From an uncultured delta proteobacterium (lineage in GTDB: Bacteria; Desulfobacterota; Binatia; Binatales; Binataceae), in contig CAVQEQ010000004.1 of NCBI GenBank assembly GCA_963711565.1, positions 960,001 to 1,024,000 of the forward strand: a DNA stretch of 64,000 bases, in the 5' to 3' direction. Of the stretch, positions 1 through 10,876 are shown piece after piece (positions within the stretch are counted from its first letter, which is position 1; each line of letters opens with the position of its first letter). The translations under genes and the position numbers were made by a program. The notes beneath the pieces are model-generated. The model saw only the letters and a program-made list of their open reading frames with translations, searched no databases and was not told the origin of the DNA.

Positions 1-846
1 ACCGGCAAGATTTCCGAGTTCGCGCCCAAGGCCGAGACGATCATCCATATCGACATCGACCCGTCGTCCATTTCGAAGAACGTCAAGGTCGATATCCCTA
101 TTGTCGGCGATATCAAGTCGGTTCTCACCGACATGCTGACTCAGATCAAAGGCCGCGAGAGTATCGCGAAGCGCCGTGCCGATTGGACGAAGTGGCATCA
201 ACAGATCCTCCAATGGAAGAAGGAGAAGCCGCTCTACGAGAACGGTCATCGCGGCGAGAGCGTTTCCCCGCTCGACGTTATCGCCGAGATGCACAACATC
301 ACGAAGGGCGACTGCATAGTTGCCACCGACGTCGGCCAGCATCAGATGTGGGTCGCGCAGATGTTCCCCTTCGAGAATCCGCGCTCGTGGCTGACCTCGG
401 GCGGCTTGGGCACGATGGGCTACGGACTGCCGGCGGGAATCGGCGCGACCTTCGCCGCCCCCGACAAGAAAGTAGTGGTGGTCTCGGGTGACGGCTCGAT
501 CCAGATGAACATCCAGGAACTGGGGACCGCGGTCCAATACAATGTGGATATCAAAGTTATCATTCTGAATAACTACTTCCTCGGAATGGTTCGCCAATGG
601 CAAGAGAAGTTCTACGCCGAGCGGTATTCGTACTCAGCGATGTCGGTGCCGAACTTCGTCAAGCTCGCCGACGCGTACGGCGCGCGCGGCTTCCGCATCG
701 AGAAAGCGAAAGATCTGGTCGCGACGATGAAGGAAGCATTCGCGACGCCCGGACCGGTGCTGATCAACGTCGTGATCCCGAAGGAAGAGGCCGTGATGCC
801 GATGATTCCGCCGGGCGGCGCTATGTCCGAGATGCTGTTCGCCTGA
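1..846 (+). CDS. ilvB: acetolactate synthase large subunit (5'-truncated by window edge)
   Basis: TDVGQHQMW, TSGGLGTMGYGLP and the TPP-binding GDGS...NN motif; frame runs back to base 1. Confidence 0.95.
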   Translation, partial: TGKISEFAPKAETIIHIDIDPSSISKNVKVDIPIVGDIKSVLTDMLTQIKGRESIAKRRADWTKWHQQILQWKKEKPLYENGHRGESVSPLDVIAEMHNITKGDCIVATDVGQHQMWVAQMFPFENPRSWLTSGGLGTMGYGLPAGIGATFAAPDKKVVVVSGDGSIQMNIQELGTAVQYNVDIKVIILNNYFLGMVRQWQEKFYAERYSYSAMSVPNFVKLADAYGARGFRIEKAKDLVATMKEAFATPGPVLINVVIPKEEAVMPMIPPGGAMSEMLFA

Positions 847-866
847 ACCTGGCTGGAGGTGCACCG

Positions 867-1412
867 ATGGCGGCGCGCGTACCGTATCTGAATCGCGAGG
901 ACCTTCCTGAAGCAGACCGCGTGATCTTCGACAACCTCGCCGCCGAGCGCGGCGGCACCGTCGGCAACATTTTCAAGGCACTGGCGCATACGCCAAATCT
1001 GCTCCGCCGCTTCTGCCAGATAGGCAGCGAGCTTCGCAACAAAACCGCGCTCGACCCAAAACTACGCGAGCTCGCGATCTGCACGGTCGGCCGCCTCACC
1101 GATGCGCAATACGAGTTCGTGCATCATTGGAATATCGCGCGCCGCGTCGGCGTCTCGCGCGATCAGCTCGAAGCGCTCGCCGACTGGGAGAAATCGCCGA
1201 AGTTCAGCGAAATCGAGCGCGCGGTCATTCGCTACGCGGTCGAGGCGACCAATAACATCCGCGTGACCGACGCAACCTGGAACACGCTGAAGACCTTCCT
1301 CGACACGCGCCGCCTAATGGAACTCGTGCAGAACGTCGCCTTCTACAACATGGTCGTGCGCGTGCTGCTGCCGGTCGGCGTCGAGCTGGAGCCGGGCACG
1401 ACCAGGCAATAG
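867..1412 (+). CDS. carboxymuconolactone decarboxylase/AhpD-like family protein
   Basis: GGAGG RBS before ATG 867; LDPKLRELAI...YEFVHH pattern. Confidence 0.85.
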   Translation: MAARVPYLNREDLPEADRVIFDNLAAERGGTVGNIFKALAHTPNLLRRFCQIGSELRNKTALDPKLRELAICTVGRLTDAQYEFVHHWNIARRVGVSRDQLEALADWEKSPKFSEIERAVIRYAVEATNNIRVTDATWNTLKTFLDTRRLMELVQNVAFYNMVVRVLLPVGVELEPGTTRQ

Positions 1413-1414
1413 CG

Positions 1415-2083
1415 ATGGTCAAGACCTTTAATTTCTTCAAGCGCAGGCCGGAGCTGAGTGTAGAGCGCTTCCGCGAGTACTGGCTGAATCAACACGCAGC
1501 AGTGGTCCGGGCAATACCTGAGGTGCGAAAGTACGTCGCGTCGATCGCGTTGCCATCGTCGTATCGCGACAATCACGAGCCGCATTGCGACGGTATTTCC
1601 GAGGCGTGGTTCGACGATGAAGAGACGCTTCGGCGGATCGCCGACACGTCGCCGTTGCGCGCCGCGGTCACTGACGACGCCGTGTTTATCGATACGTCCA
1701 AAGCGGGATCGATCATCACCGACGAGATCGTTCAGAAGGAAGGCGCGCCGCCGAAAGATGCGGTCAAGGTTCTATCGCTGCTCACTCGCAAGGCCGGTAT
1801 GGACGTGGCGTCATTCCAGTCATATTGGCGAACGCATCATGGACCGCTGGCCGCGAAGCTCCCGCAGGCGCGACGCTATGTGCAATGCCATGTGCGTCCG
1901 TCCGGGTATGCCGACGGCCGTACGCCGCGTTATGACGGCGTCGCGGAGATGTGGTTCGACGATTTCGAGGCGGTCCGGGCCTCCGGCAATGCCGATGTCT
2001 ATCGAGACGTACGCGGCGACGAGCCGAAGTTCCTCACCGTTCCGTTACCGCGCGTATTCGCATCGGAACACCGAATCGTGTGA
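1415..2083 (+). CDS. EthD-domain protein (two tandem EthD domains)
   Basis: Two copies of F.xYW..xH.....P..RxYV...DG..E.WFDD. Confidence 0.85.
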   Translation: MVKTFNFFKRRPELSVERFREYWLNQHAAVVRAIPEVRKYVASIALPSSYRDNHEPHCDGISEAWFDDEETLRRIADTSPLRAAVTDDAVFIDTSKAGSIITDEIVQKEGAPPKDAVKVLSLLTRKAGMDVASFQSYWRTHHGPLAAKLPQARRYVQCHVRPSGYADGRTPRYDGVAEMWFDDFEAVRASGNADVYRDVRGDEPKFLTVPLPRVFASEHRIV

Positions 2084-2442
2084 CGCGGGCGCATCCAGAC
2101 TTCTACGAACAGGGAATCGATCTCTTCAACGAGGGACGCTTCTTCGAATGCCATGAGGCGTGGGAGGAAATCTGGAAGCGCTCCGACGGCGCGGAGAAGC
2201 TTTTCTACCAGGGATTGATCCAGGCCGCCGTCGCGATCCTGCACGCGCAGCGCGGAAACGTCGAAGGTGCGCGCTCGCTGTACGAGAAAGCCTCAGCCAA
2301 GCTCGATCCTATTCCCCACGAACACATGGGCTTGGCAGTGGGCGAGTTGCGCATCGAGCTGAGCCGCTTCATCGATATCGCAACCCGCGCAGACGGCACC
2401 GCGCTACCGAACCCGCCGCGTCTGCGTCGAATCGTGAAGTGA
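2080..2442 (+). CDS. DUF309 domain protein
   Basis: GIDLFNEGRFFECHEAWEEIW and YQGLIQAAVA..H; GTG start overlaps upstream TGA. Confidence 0.9.
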   Translation: MTRAHPDFYEQGIDLFNEGRFFECHEAWEEIWKRSDGAEKLFYQGLIQAAVAILHAQRGNVEGARSLYEKASAKLDPIPHEHMGLAVGELRIELSRFIDIATRADGTALPNPPRLRRIVK

Positions 2443-2490
2443 TTCCCGGCGCGTTGATGCGGATTCAATGCGGGAATAGTCTCATCGTTG

Positions 2491-3897
2491 ATGATTCGGG
2501 ACGCTCATAAGACGGTCGTTGGTGCGATCGAGGCGGCGCTTTGGCGCGCGGGGGTTCGTACCGGCTCATCGTTGCTGATCGGACTGTCAGGCGGGGCGGA
2601 TTCGGTTGCGCTTACGTACGTCCTGGTCGAGTTGCGCGAGCGGATGGGGTTGGAAATCTCGGCGGCGCATCTCAACCATCGGATTCGCGGCGCTGAATCG
2701 GATCGCGATGAAGATTTCGTTCGGCGGATGTGCGCGCGGCTCGGTATCGAGTTGATCGTCGAGCGCGCTGACGGGCTTGACGCATCGACTTCGAGTGCGA
2801 ACCTCGAGGAACGTGCGCGCGATGCTCGGCGCGAGTTTCTGTTGCGCGTCACGGATCGAATTCAGGCTGATTTCGTTGCCCTAGGGCACCATCGCGACGA
2901 CCAGGCTGAGACTGTGCTGATGCGTTTGATGCGCGGCGCTGGGGCGGCGGGGATGGCAGCGATGGCCGAGCGCGGGCCCGGACGCCTCATTCGGCCGATG
3001 CTGTCGCTATCGCGCGCCGAGATTCGAGACTACCTTGGCGCGCGCGGGATTTCGTTCGTCGAGGATTCATCGAATTCGTCGCGCGACATTTTGCGCAACC
3101 GGATTCGCGCCGAGCTGCTGCCGATGCTCGAGCGCGACTATGCGCCCGGCCTTGGCGAACGGCTGGTGGAATTGGCGGGCGAAATGCGCTCGCTCGACGA
3201 TCTCGTCACGGCAATCGCGGCGCGCGAACTCGACGCGATGCGCGTCGGCGGTGGCGCGCTCGACGTGTCGGGCTTCGGCGCGATTAATCGCGCAGTGCAG
3301 CCCGCCGCGATCCGGCTGTACCTCGCCGAGTGGATGGGATCGTTGCGCAGAATCTCGCGGGCGCATATCGAGGCGGTGCGCGCGCTTATCCTCGAAGGCG
3401 GTCCGAGCAACTCGATCGATCTTCCGGGCGGCTGGCGCGCCGCGCGCGAGTACAATCTTTTTCGGCTGGTGAATGCGCACGAGCGCAAAGCCCGCGCCCC
3501 TGCATTTTCGGCGGCGATTGCGGCGGACGGAATCACAATCATCGAGGCGGTGGGGTTCAAGTTCGAGGCTTCGACGATTGCCGCGGCGGACGCGTCGATG
3601 CCGGACAGCCTGTCTGTCGCGATATTCGACGCTGCGAAAATTGCCGATACGGGCCTGGTCGCGCGCAATTTCATGAATGGCGACAGGATTCATCCGATGG
3701 GGATGCGCGGCACGCGCAAGGTCCACGACGTGTTCGTCGATCGCAAGCTGCCGCGCGCACGGCGCGAGCGCTTTCCGGTGGTCACGGTCGGCGATACGAT
3801 CGCGTGGATCCCGGGCCTCGCACGCGCCGACTGCGCACTCGTCACCAAGGCCACCGAAACCATACTGCGCGTTGAGGCGTCTGCAATCGCCGCTTAG
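2491..3897 (+). CDS. tilS: tRNA(Ile)-lysidine synthetase
   Basis: SGGADS PP-loop, HLNHRIR, GHHRDDQAET, RNRIR; upstream of ftsH. Confidence 0.95.
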   Translation: MIRDAHKTVVGAIEAALWRAGVRTGSSLLIGLSGGADSVALTYVLVELRERMGLEISAAHLNHRIRGAESDRDEDFVRRMCARLGIELIVERADGLDASTSSANLEERARDARREFLLRVTDRIQADFVALGHHRDDQAETVLMRLMRGAGAAGMAAMAERGPGRLIRPMLSLSRAEIRDYLGARGISFVEDSSNSSRDILRNRIRAELLPMLERDYAPGLGERLVELAGEMRSLDDLVTAIAARELDAMRVGGGALDVSGFGAINRAVQPAAIRLYLAEWMGSLRRISRAHIEAVRALILEGGPSNSIDLPGGWRAAREYNLFRLVNAHERKARAPAFSAAIAADGITIIEAVGFKFEASTIAAADASMPDSLSVAIFDAAKIADTGLVARNFMNGDRIHPMGMRGTRKVHDVFVDRKLPRARRERFPVVTVGDTIAWIPGLARADCALVTKATETILRVEASAIAA

Positions 3898-3908
3898 CGA
3901 TTACCGCG

Positions 3909-3938
3909 TTGCGTGGGCCTCAACCTGCGTGATACTTT
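3909..3938 (+). promoter_or_regulatory. putative sigma70 promoter of ftsH
   Basis: TTGCGT...TGATACTTT in an AT-rich spacer just before ATG 3948; no obvious SD. Confidence 0.35.
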
Positions 3939-3947
3939 TTTAATAGC

Positions 3948-5876
<1,929 letters not shown>

Positions 5877-5981
5877 GCGTCTCGCGGGCGCGCTGGCTCA
5901 CGCTACGACTCATTCGGTTCGCAATTGCGAGTCGGCAACCACGCGCGGGTGAGGGGGTGTGAAGGGAGTGGGGCCGGTGCG

Positions 5982-6920
5982 ATGCGACGCTCGCCGATTC
6001 AATCCAAGTCCTCATCCAACGATAGCGGCTCGCGCAAGCGGACCGCTCAATCTCAATCAACGCCCGCAAATCTCAAGCTGGCTGACGGCCGCGTAATCAG
6101 GTTTCCCGCGGTGATGGGCGTGCTCAACGTGACGCCCGACTCCTTCTCCGACGGCGGCAAATATTTGGATCCCGACCGCGCCGTCGAGCATGCGCTCGCG
6201 ATGGAAGCGGCGGGCGCCGACGTGATCGACGTTGGTGGAGAATCGTCGCGTCCGATGGGCGCAGTCGAGATACCTGTCGAGGCCGAGCTTGCGCGCGTGA
6301 TGCCGGTGCTCGAGCGGCTTGGCAAGCGGCTGCGAGTGCCAATCTCGATCGATACGCGGCGGGCAGCGGTCGCGCGCGTCGCGCTCGAGTCGGGCGCGGC
6401 GATAATCAACGATATCACTGCGCTCGGCCACGACTGCGAAATGGCGCCGCTGGCGGCGCGAACCAGGTGCGCGGTGGTGCTGATGCATATGCGCGGCGGT
6501 CCGACCAATCATATCGAGTTCGCGCGCTACCGCGACGTGGTGCGCGAGGTCGTCGAGTACCTCGATGTGCGCGCACGATTCGCCGTCGCGGCGGGAGTTG
6601 CACGCTCGCGAATAATCGTCGATCCGGGACTGGGCTTCGCCAAGACCGCGCAGCATAATCTGAAATTGCTGGCCGCCTTGCCCGACCTCTGTGCGCTCGG
6701 CTATCCCGTATTGGTAGGCGCGTCGCGCAAGACTTTCGTAGCGCGAATCGCAGGCGCAATAGAGCGAGATTTGGAATTCGGCACGGCGGCGGCGAATGCA
6801 CTCGCGATTGCGGCGGGCGCGTCGATCGTTCGCGTACATGACGTGGGCGCGGGCGTCGCCGCGGTGCGAATGGCCGCGGCGATGTCGGGACGGGATCAGC
6901 GGTTCAGGCACCATGCATAA
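5982..6920 (+). CDS. folP: dihydropteroate synthase
   Basis: MGVLNVTPDSFSDGG, DPGLGFAK, GASRK, RVHDV; start uncertain. Confidence 0.95.
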   Translation: MRRSPIQSKSSSNDSGSRKRTAQSQSTPANLKLADGRVIRFPAVMGVLNVTPDSFSDGGKYLDPDRAVEHALAMEAAGADVIDVGGESSRPMGAVEIPVEAELARVMPVLERLGKRLRVPISIDTRRAAVARVALESGAAIINDITALGHDCEMAPLAARTRCAVVLMHMRGGPTNHIEFARYRDVVREVVEYLDVRARFAVAAGVARSRIIVDPGLGFAKTAQHNLKLLAALPDLCALGYPVLVGASRKTFVARIAGAIERDLEFGTAAANALAIAAGASIVRVHDVGAGVAAVRMAAAMSGRDQRFRHHA

Positions 6921-7665
6921 CTACATACCAATGATACCGCAGCCGCGATGGCAGGATGTCGTAGACGTCCTGATCGTCGCGTACGTGATCTACCGGATCG
7001 CGCTTTTGATTCGTGGCACGCGCACGATGCAGATGGTGTTGGGGATGGTGATCGTGGGCGGCGCGTTCGTGGCGTCGCAGGTGCTCGGTCTGTTCACGCT
7101 GAATTGGCTTCTGAATAACTTTCTTGGATCGTTGTTCGTGATCCTGGTGGTAATCTTCCAGGCGGATATTCGGCGCGCGCTGACGCGCGTCGGCGCGCAA
7201 TCCTTCCTGGGCCGCAGCGCGGCGGCGGTCACGCCTGCGGAGGAAATCGCGACGGCGGCGGCATGGCTGTCGGCGCGTAAAATTGGCGCGCTGATCGTGA
7301 TCGAGCAGGACGACGGGCTCGGTGAGTTTGTCGAGAGCGGAAGAATCATTGAGGGCAAGGTCTCGCCGGAACTGCTCGAAACGATTTTCATGAACGGCTC
7401 TCCGCTGCACGATGGCGCGGTAATAATAAATGGCGATCGGGTACTCGCGGCGGCGTGCCTGCTGCCGCTGTCGCAGAATCCCAACGTGAGCCTGTCGCTC
7501 GGCACGCGTCATCGCGCGGCGATTGGCTTGAGCGAGGACAGCGACGCGGTCGTGCTGGTCGTGTCGGAGGAGAGCGGGGCGATTTCGCTTGCGCGCGGCG
7601 GAGTGTTGAGCCGTGGACTGGAGCCGGCCGAGGTTTTGTCCACGCTGAGGAAGCTGCCGGCCTAG
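6913..7665 (+). CDS. cdaA: diadenylate cyclase CdaA (c-di-AMP synthase)
   Basis: Three TM segments; DAC motifs PLHDGAV and GTRHRAA. Confidence 0.93.
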   Translation: MHNYIPMIPQPRWQDVVDVLIVAYVIYRIALLIRGTRTMQMVLGMVIVGGAFVASQVLGLFTLNWLLNNFLGSLFVILVVIFQADIRRALTRVGAQSFLGRSAAAVTPAEEIATAAAWLSARKIGALIVIEQDDGLGEFVESGRIIEGKVSPELLETIFMNGSPLHDGAVIINGDRVLAAACLLPLSQNPNVSLSLGTRHRAAIGLSEDSDAVVLVVSEESGAISLARGGVLSRGLEPAEVLSTLRKLPA

Positions 7666-7701
7666 GGGCGCCGAAGCAAAAAGAGCGAAGGACGACGCAC
7701 G

Positions 7702-8685
7702 ATGAAGCTGGGCGATTTCAATTATCTGTTCGCTGCAAGCAGCTCGCGGCGCCTTCGCGGCGGCGATATCGGGTTACGCATCCTGTCCGTGGTGCTCGCG
7801 GTCGGGCTCTGGATATTCGTCAACGCAGGCGAGCGCGGCTCGGTCGAGTCGCTGACGGTGCCCATAAGCTATGCGTCGCTGCCGCAGGGGATGGTGATCG
7901 TGAACCATCCGCCGACGCAGGTGAAGATCGAAGTTACCGGTCCGCGCACGCTGCTGTCGCTGCTCGATCCCGAGCGCCTCACGCTCAAGATCGATCCGGC
8001 CAGTCTGGCTCCGGGACAGTCCGAGATCAAAGTATATCCCGCGATGTTCAACGTCGGACGAAACACCACGGTGACCAGCATCTCGCCGGATCAATTGTCG
8101 CTCGATATCGATCGCCTGGTTACGCGTGACGTGCCGGTCCATCTCGCGGTCGAGAACGAGGTCGCGCCCGGCTACACGATTTCATCGGTGGATATTACGC
8201 CGCCGAGCGTCACCATGATCGGGCCAAGCCGCTCTGTCTTGCCGCTGACGTTGGTCAGTACTGAGCCGCTCGACTTGAAGGGACTCACTGCGGATACCAG
8301 CCGTTCGGTGGAGATTGTGCCGCCCGATCCGACAATGGGCTTGTCCACCGGTCACGTCGACGTGAAGGTCAACGTGGCGGAGGCGATCACCGACCGTGAG
8401 TTTCGCGCGGTGGACGTTGAGGTCAAGGACAGCGATTTCAAGTATCGCGTCGAACCGAAGCAGGCAACGCTGACGATTCGCGGGCCGGCTGTCAAGCTGG
8501 CGGGCCTCGCACCGAAGGGGTTGGCCTACGTCGACGCCAACGGCCTCGCGCCGGGCTCGCATGAATTGCCGCTGCAGGTGACGGTGCCCGACGGCATGCA
8601 GTTGGTGCGCCAGTCGCCCGACAAGGTTAGACTCCGCATGTATCACGAGAAGCTGACAACTGCGGCCGATGAGCATCCATCGTAA
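7702..8685 (+). CDS. cdaR: YbbR-like CdaA regulator CdaR
   Basis: N-terminal TM then repeated P..V.V.G beta domains; between cdaA and glmM. Confidence 0.88.
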   Translation: MKLGDFNYLFAASSSRRLRGGDIGLRILSVVLAVGLWIFVNAGERGSVESLTVPISYASLPQGMVIVNHPPTQVKIEVTGPRTLLSLLDPERLTLKIDPASLAPGQSEIKVYPAMFNVGRNTTVTSISPDQLSLDIDRLVTRDVPVHLAVENEVAPGYTISSVDITPPSVTMIGPSRSVLPLTLVSTEPLDLKGLTADTSRSVEIVPPDPTMGLSTGHVDVKVNVAEAITDREFRAVDVEVKDSDFKYRVEPKQATLTIRGPAVKLAGLAPKGLAYVDANGLAPGSHELPLQVTVPDGMQLVRQSPDKVRLRMYHEKLTTAADEHPS

Positions 8686-10036
8686 ATTGTTCGGCACCGA
8701 CGGCGTCCGCGGCGTCGCCAACGTCGAGCCGATTACGTCGGAGACCGCGCTCAAGCTGGGCCGCGCACTCGCGCATGTGTTCCGCAACAACACCGGGCGT
8801 CATCGCAAAATTCTGATCGGCAAGGATACCCGCCTCTCGGGCTACATGCTCGAGACCGCGATCGAGTCCGGCATCTGCTCGATGGGCGTGGACGTGTGGC
8901 TGGTCGGGCCGCTGCCGACGCCGGCGATCGCGTTTCTGACGCGCAGTATGCGCGCCGACGCGGGCGTGGTGATTTCAGCTTCGCACAATCCCTTCCAGGA
9001 CAACGGGATCAAGTTTTTCTCGCGTGAAGGATTCAAGCTCGACGACGAGACCGAGCGGCGGATCGAAGCGCTGGTGTTCGATGAGGCCGAGATCGGAGAG
9101 AGTCGCGCGCGTCCCGACGATATCGGCAAGGCGGCGCGAATCGACGACGCGCTCGGCCGCTATCTGGTGTTTCTGAAGTCGTGCCTGCCGCGCTCGGTCA
9201 CATTCGACGGCTTGAAGGTCGCGATCGATTGCGCCAACGGCGCTGCCTACAAGGTCGGTCCCGAAGCGCTCGAGGAACTTGGCGCCGAGGTGGTCGCGAT
9301 CGGGGTCGATCCCGACGGCAAGAACATCAATCTGAATTGCGGCGCGACCCATCTCGACGCGATTCGCGAAACAGTTCTGCGCGAGCATTGCCACGTCGGC
9401 ATTGCGCTCGACGGCGACGGCGATCGCGTGATGCTGATCGACGAGCGCGGCGAAGTCTGGGACGGCGACGACGTGATGGCGTTGCTCGGGCGCAAGCTCG
9501 CTGCCGAGGGGCGCCTCAGCGGCAACGCCGTCGTCGCAACCGTGTTGAGCAACTTCGGACTCGAGCTGGCGCTGCGCGACGCGGGCGTGCGGCTGATTCG
9601 CACCGAGGTCGGCGACCCCGCAGTCGCGCGCGAGATGCGTCTCAACTCGTACAACCTGGGCGGCGAGCAGTCGGGCCACTTGATCTTCATGGATCACTCG
9701 ACCACCGGCGACGGGCTGATCAGCGCTCTGCTGGTGCTCGCGCACCTCGCCGAGAGCGGACGGACGCTCAGCGAACTTCGCGCCATGCGCCGTGTGCCGC
9801 AGGTGCTCGAAAACGTGCGCGTGAAGACTCGCGTGCCGCTGGCCGAAATGCCTGACGTTCAACGAATCATCGCCGACGCCGAGAAACGTCTGGCAGGCAC
9901 CGGCCGGTTGCTGGTGCGATATTCGGGAACCGAGATGCTCGCGCGCGTGATGGTCGAAGGCGAAGACGGCGCCCAGATCAAAATGCTGGCGCAAGAGATA
10001 GGCGCCGCAATCCAGAAGTACGCCGGCGCCCCGTGA
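8669..10036 (+). CDS. glmM: phosphoglucosamine mutase
   Basis: LFGTDGVRG, ISASHNP, DGDGDR, GGEQSGH, RYSGTE. Confidence 0.97.
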   Translation: MSIHRKLFGTDGVRGVANVEPITSETALKLGRALAHVFRNNTGRHRKILIGKDTRLSGYMLETAIESGICSMGVDVWLVGPLPTPAIAFLTRSMRADAGVVISASHNPFQDNGIKFFSREGFKLDDETERRIEALVFDEAEIGESRARPDDIGKAARIDDALGRYLVFLKSCLPRSVTFDGLKVAIDCANGAAYKVGPEALEELGAEVVAIGVDPDGKNINLNCGATHLDAIRETVLREHCHVGIALDGDGDRVMLIDERGEVWDGDDVMALLGRKLAAEGRLSGNAVVATVLSNFGLELALRDAGVRLIRTEVGDPAVAREMRLNSYNLGGEQSGHLIFMDHSTTGDGLISALLVLAHLAESGRTLSELRAMRRVPQVLENVRVKTRVPLAEMPDVQRIIADAEKRLAGTGRLLVRYSGTEMLARVMVEGEDGAQIKMLAQEIGAAIQKYAGAP

Positions 10037-10039
10037 TCG

Positions 10040-10795
10040 TCATTTTCGCTTCGCGCGCTTGACCCTCGCCGGCTTCGAGCCGAGCGCCTTCAGGTATGCC
10101 TTCACCGTCCGCGTCAGGCCCATGTAGAGCGCGTCACTGACCAGCGCGTGGCCGATCGAAACTTCCTGCAAGCCCTTCACTGCTTTCGCGTAGGCGGGAA
10201 TATTTTTGAGATCGAGATCGTGGCCGGCATTTACGCCGAGTCCGATCGTTCGCGCCAGGAGCGCGGCCTCGCGATGCGCCGCAAGGATTGTTTTGCCTGC
10301 CGGCGTGCCGAACGCTTGCGCGTACGGTCCGGTGTATAACTCGATTCGATCCGCTTCCAGCTTTCGCGCGCGTCTGATCTGATCAGCATCGGGGTCGAGA
10401 AAGAGACTGGTCCGGATGCCCGCCTTCTTGAACCCGGTGAGCAGGTCACCAAGCCAATCTGCAGCTCCGCTCCTCAGGTTCCATCCCGCGTTCGAGGTCA
10501 GCACGCCGGGCGGGTCGGGCACCAGCGTCACCTGCGTCGGCCGCACGCGCATCACGAGGTCGATAAATTCCGCGCCCGGGTATCCTTCGATATTAAACTC
10601 GACCGTCATCATCGCGGCGAGATCGAATACGTCCTGAAACGTGATGTGCCGCGCGTCGGGTCGCGGATGCACCGTGATACCGTGGCATCCTGCGGCGATG
10701 CAGGTGCGCGCCGCCTCGACCAGGTCGGGAATATTTCCGCCGCGCGCATTTCGTAGCGTTGCGATCTTGTTGACGTTGACGCTGAGGCGAATCAT
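10040..10795 (-). CDS. pdxJ: pyridoxine 5'-phosphate synthase
   Basis: SVNVNKIATLRNARG, GITVHPRPD, IELYTG, VNAGHDL, EVSIGH. Confidence 0.95.
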   Translation of the reverse strand: MIRLSVNVNKIATLRNARGGNIPDLVEAARTCIAAGCHGITVHPRPDARHITFQDVFDLAAMMTVEFNIEGYPGAEFIDLVMRVRPTQVTLVPDPPGVLTSNAGWNLRSGAADWLGDLLTGFKKAGIRTSLFLDPDADQIRRARKLEADRIELYTGPYAQAFGTPAGKTILAAHREAALLARTIGLGVNAGHDLDLKNIPAYAKAVKGLQEVSIGHALVSDALYMGLTRTVKAYLKALGSKPARVKRAKRK

Positions 10796-10876
10796 TTCGA
10801 CCCCTAACTTACCAGACCGACTCCACTCATTCACGGGTAACGTGCTTGGTGTAATATTTTGTTGGAATAACCGCCG

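Noticed and set aside
5925-5980. G-rich GGGTGAGGGGGTGTGAAGGGAG stretch before folP as a REP remnant or riboswitch
   Set aside because: No palindromic partner or recognisable aptamer
6913-10036. cdaA-cdaR-glmM c-di-AMP module as a novelty
   Set aside because: Well-known conserved operon
10766-10782. pdxJ VNVNK as another Asp-to-Asn case
   Set aside because: VNxNK is the normal signature of one PdxJ subtype
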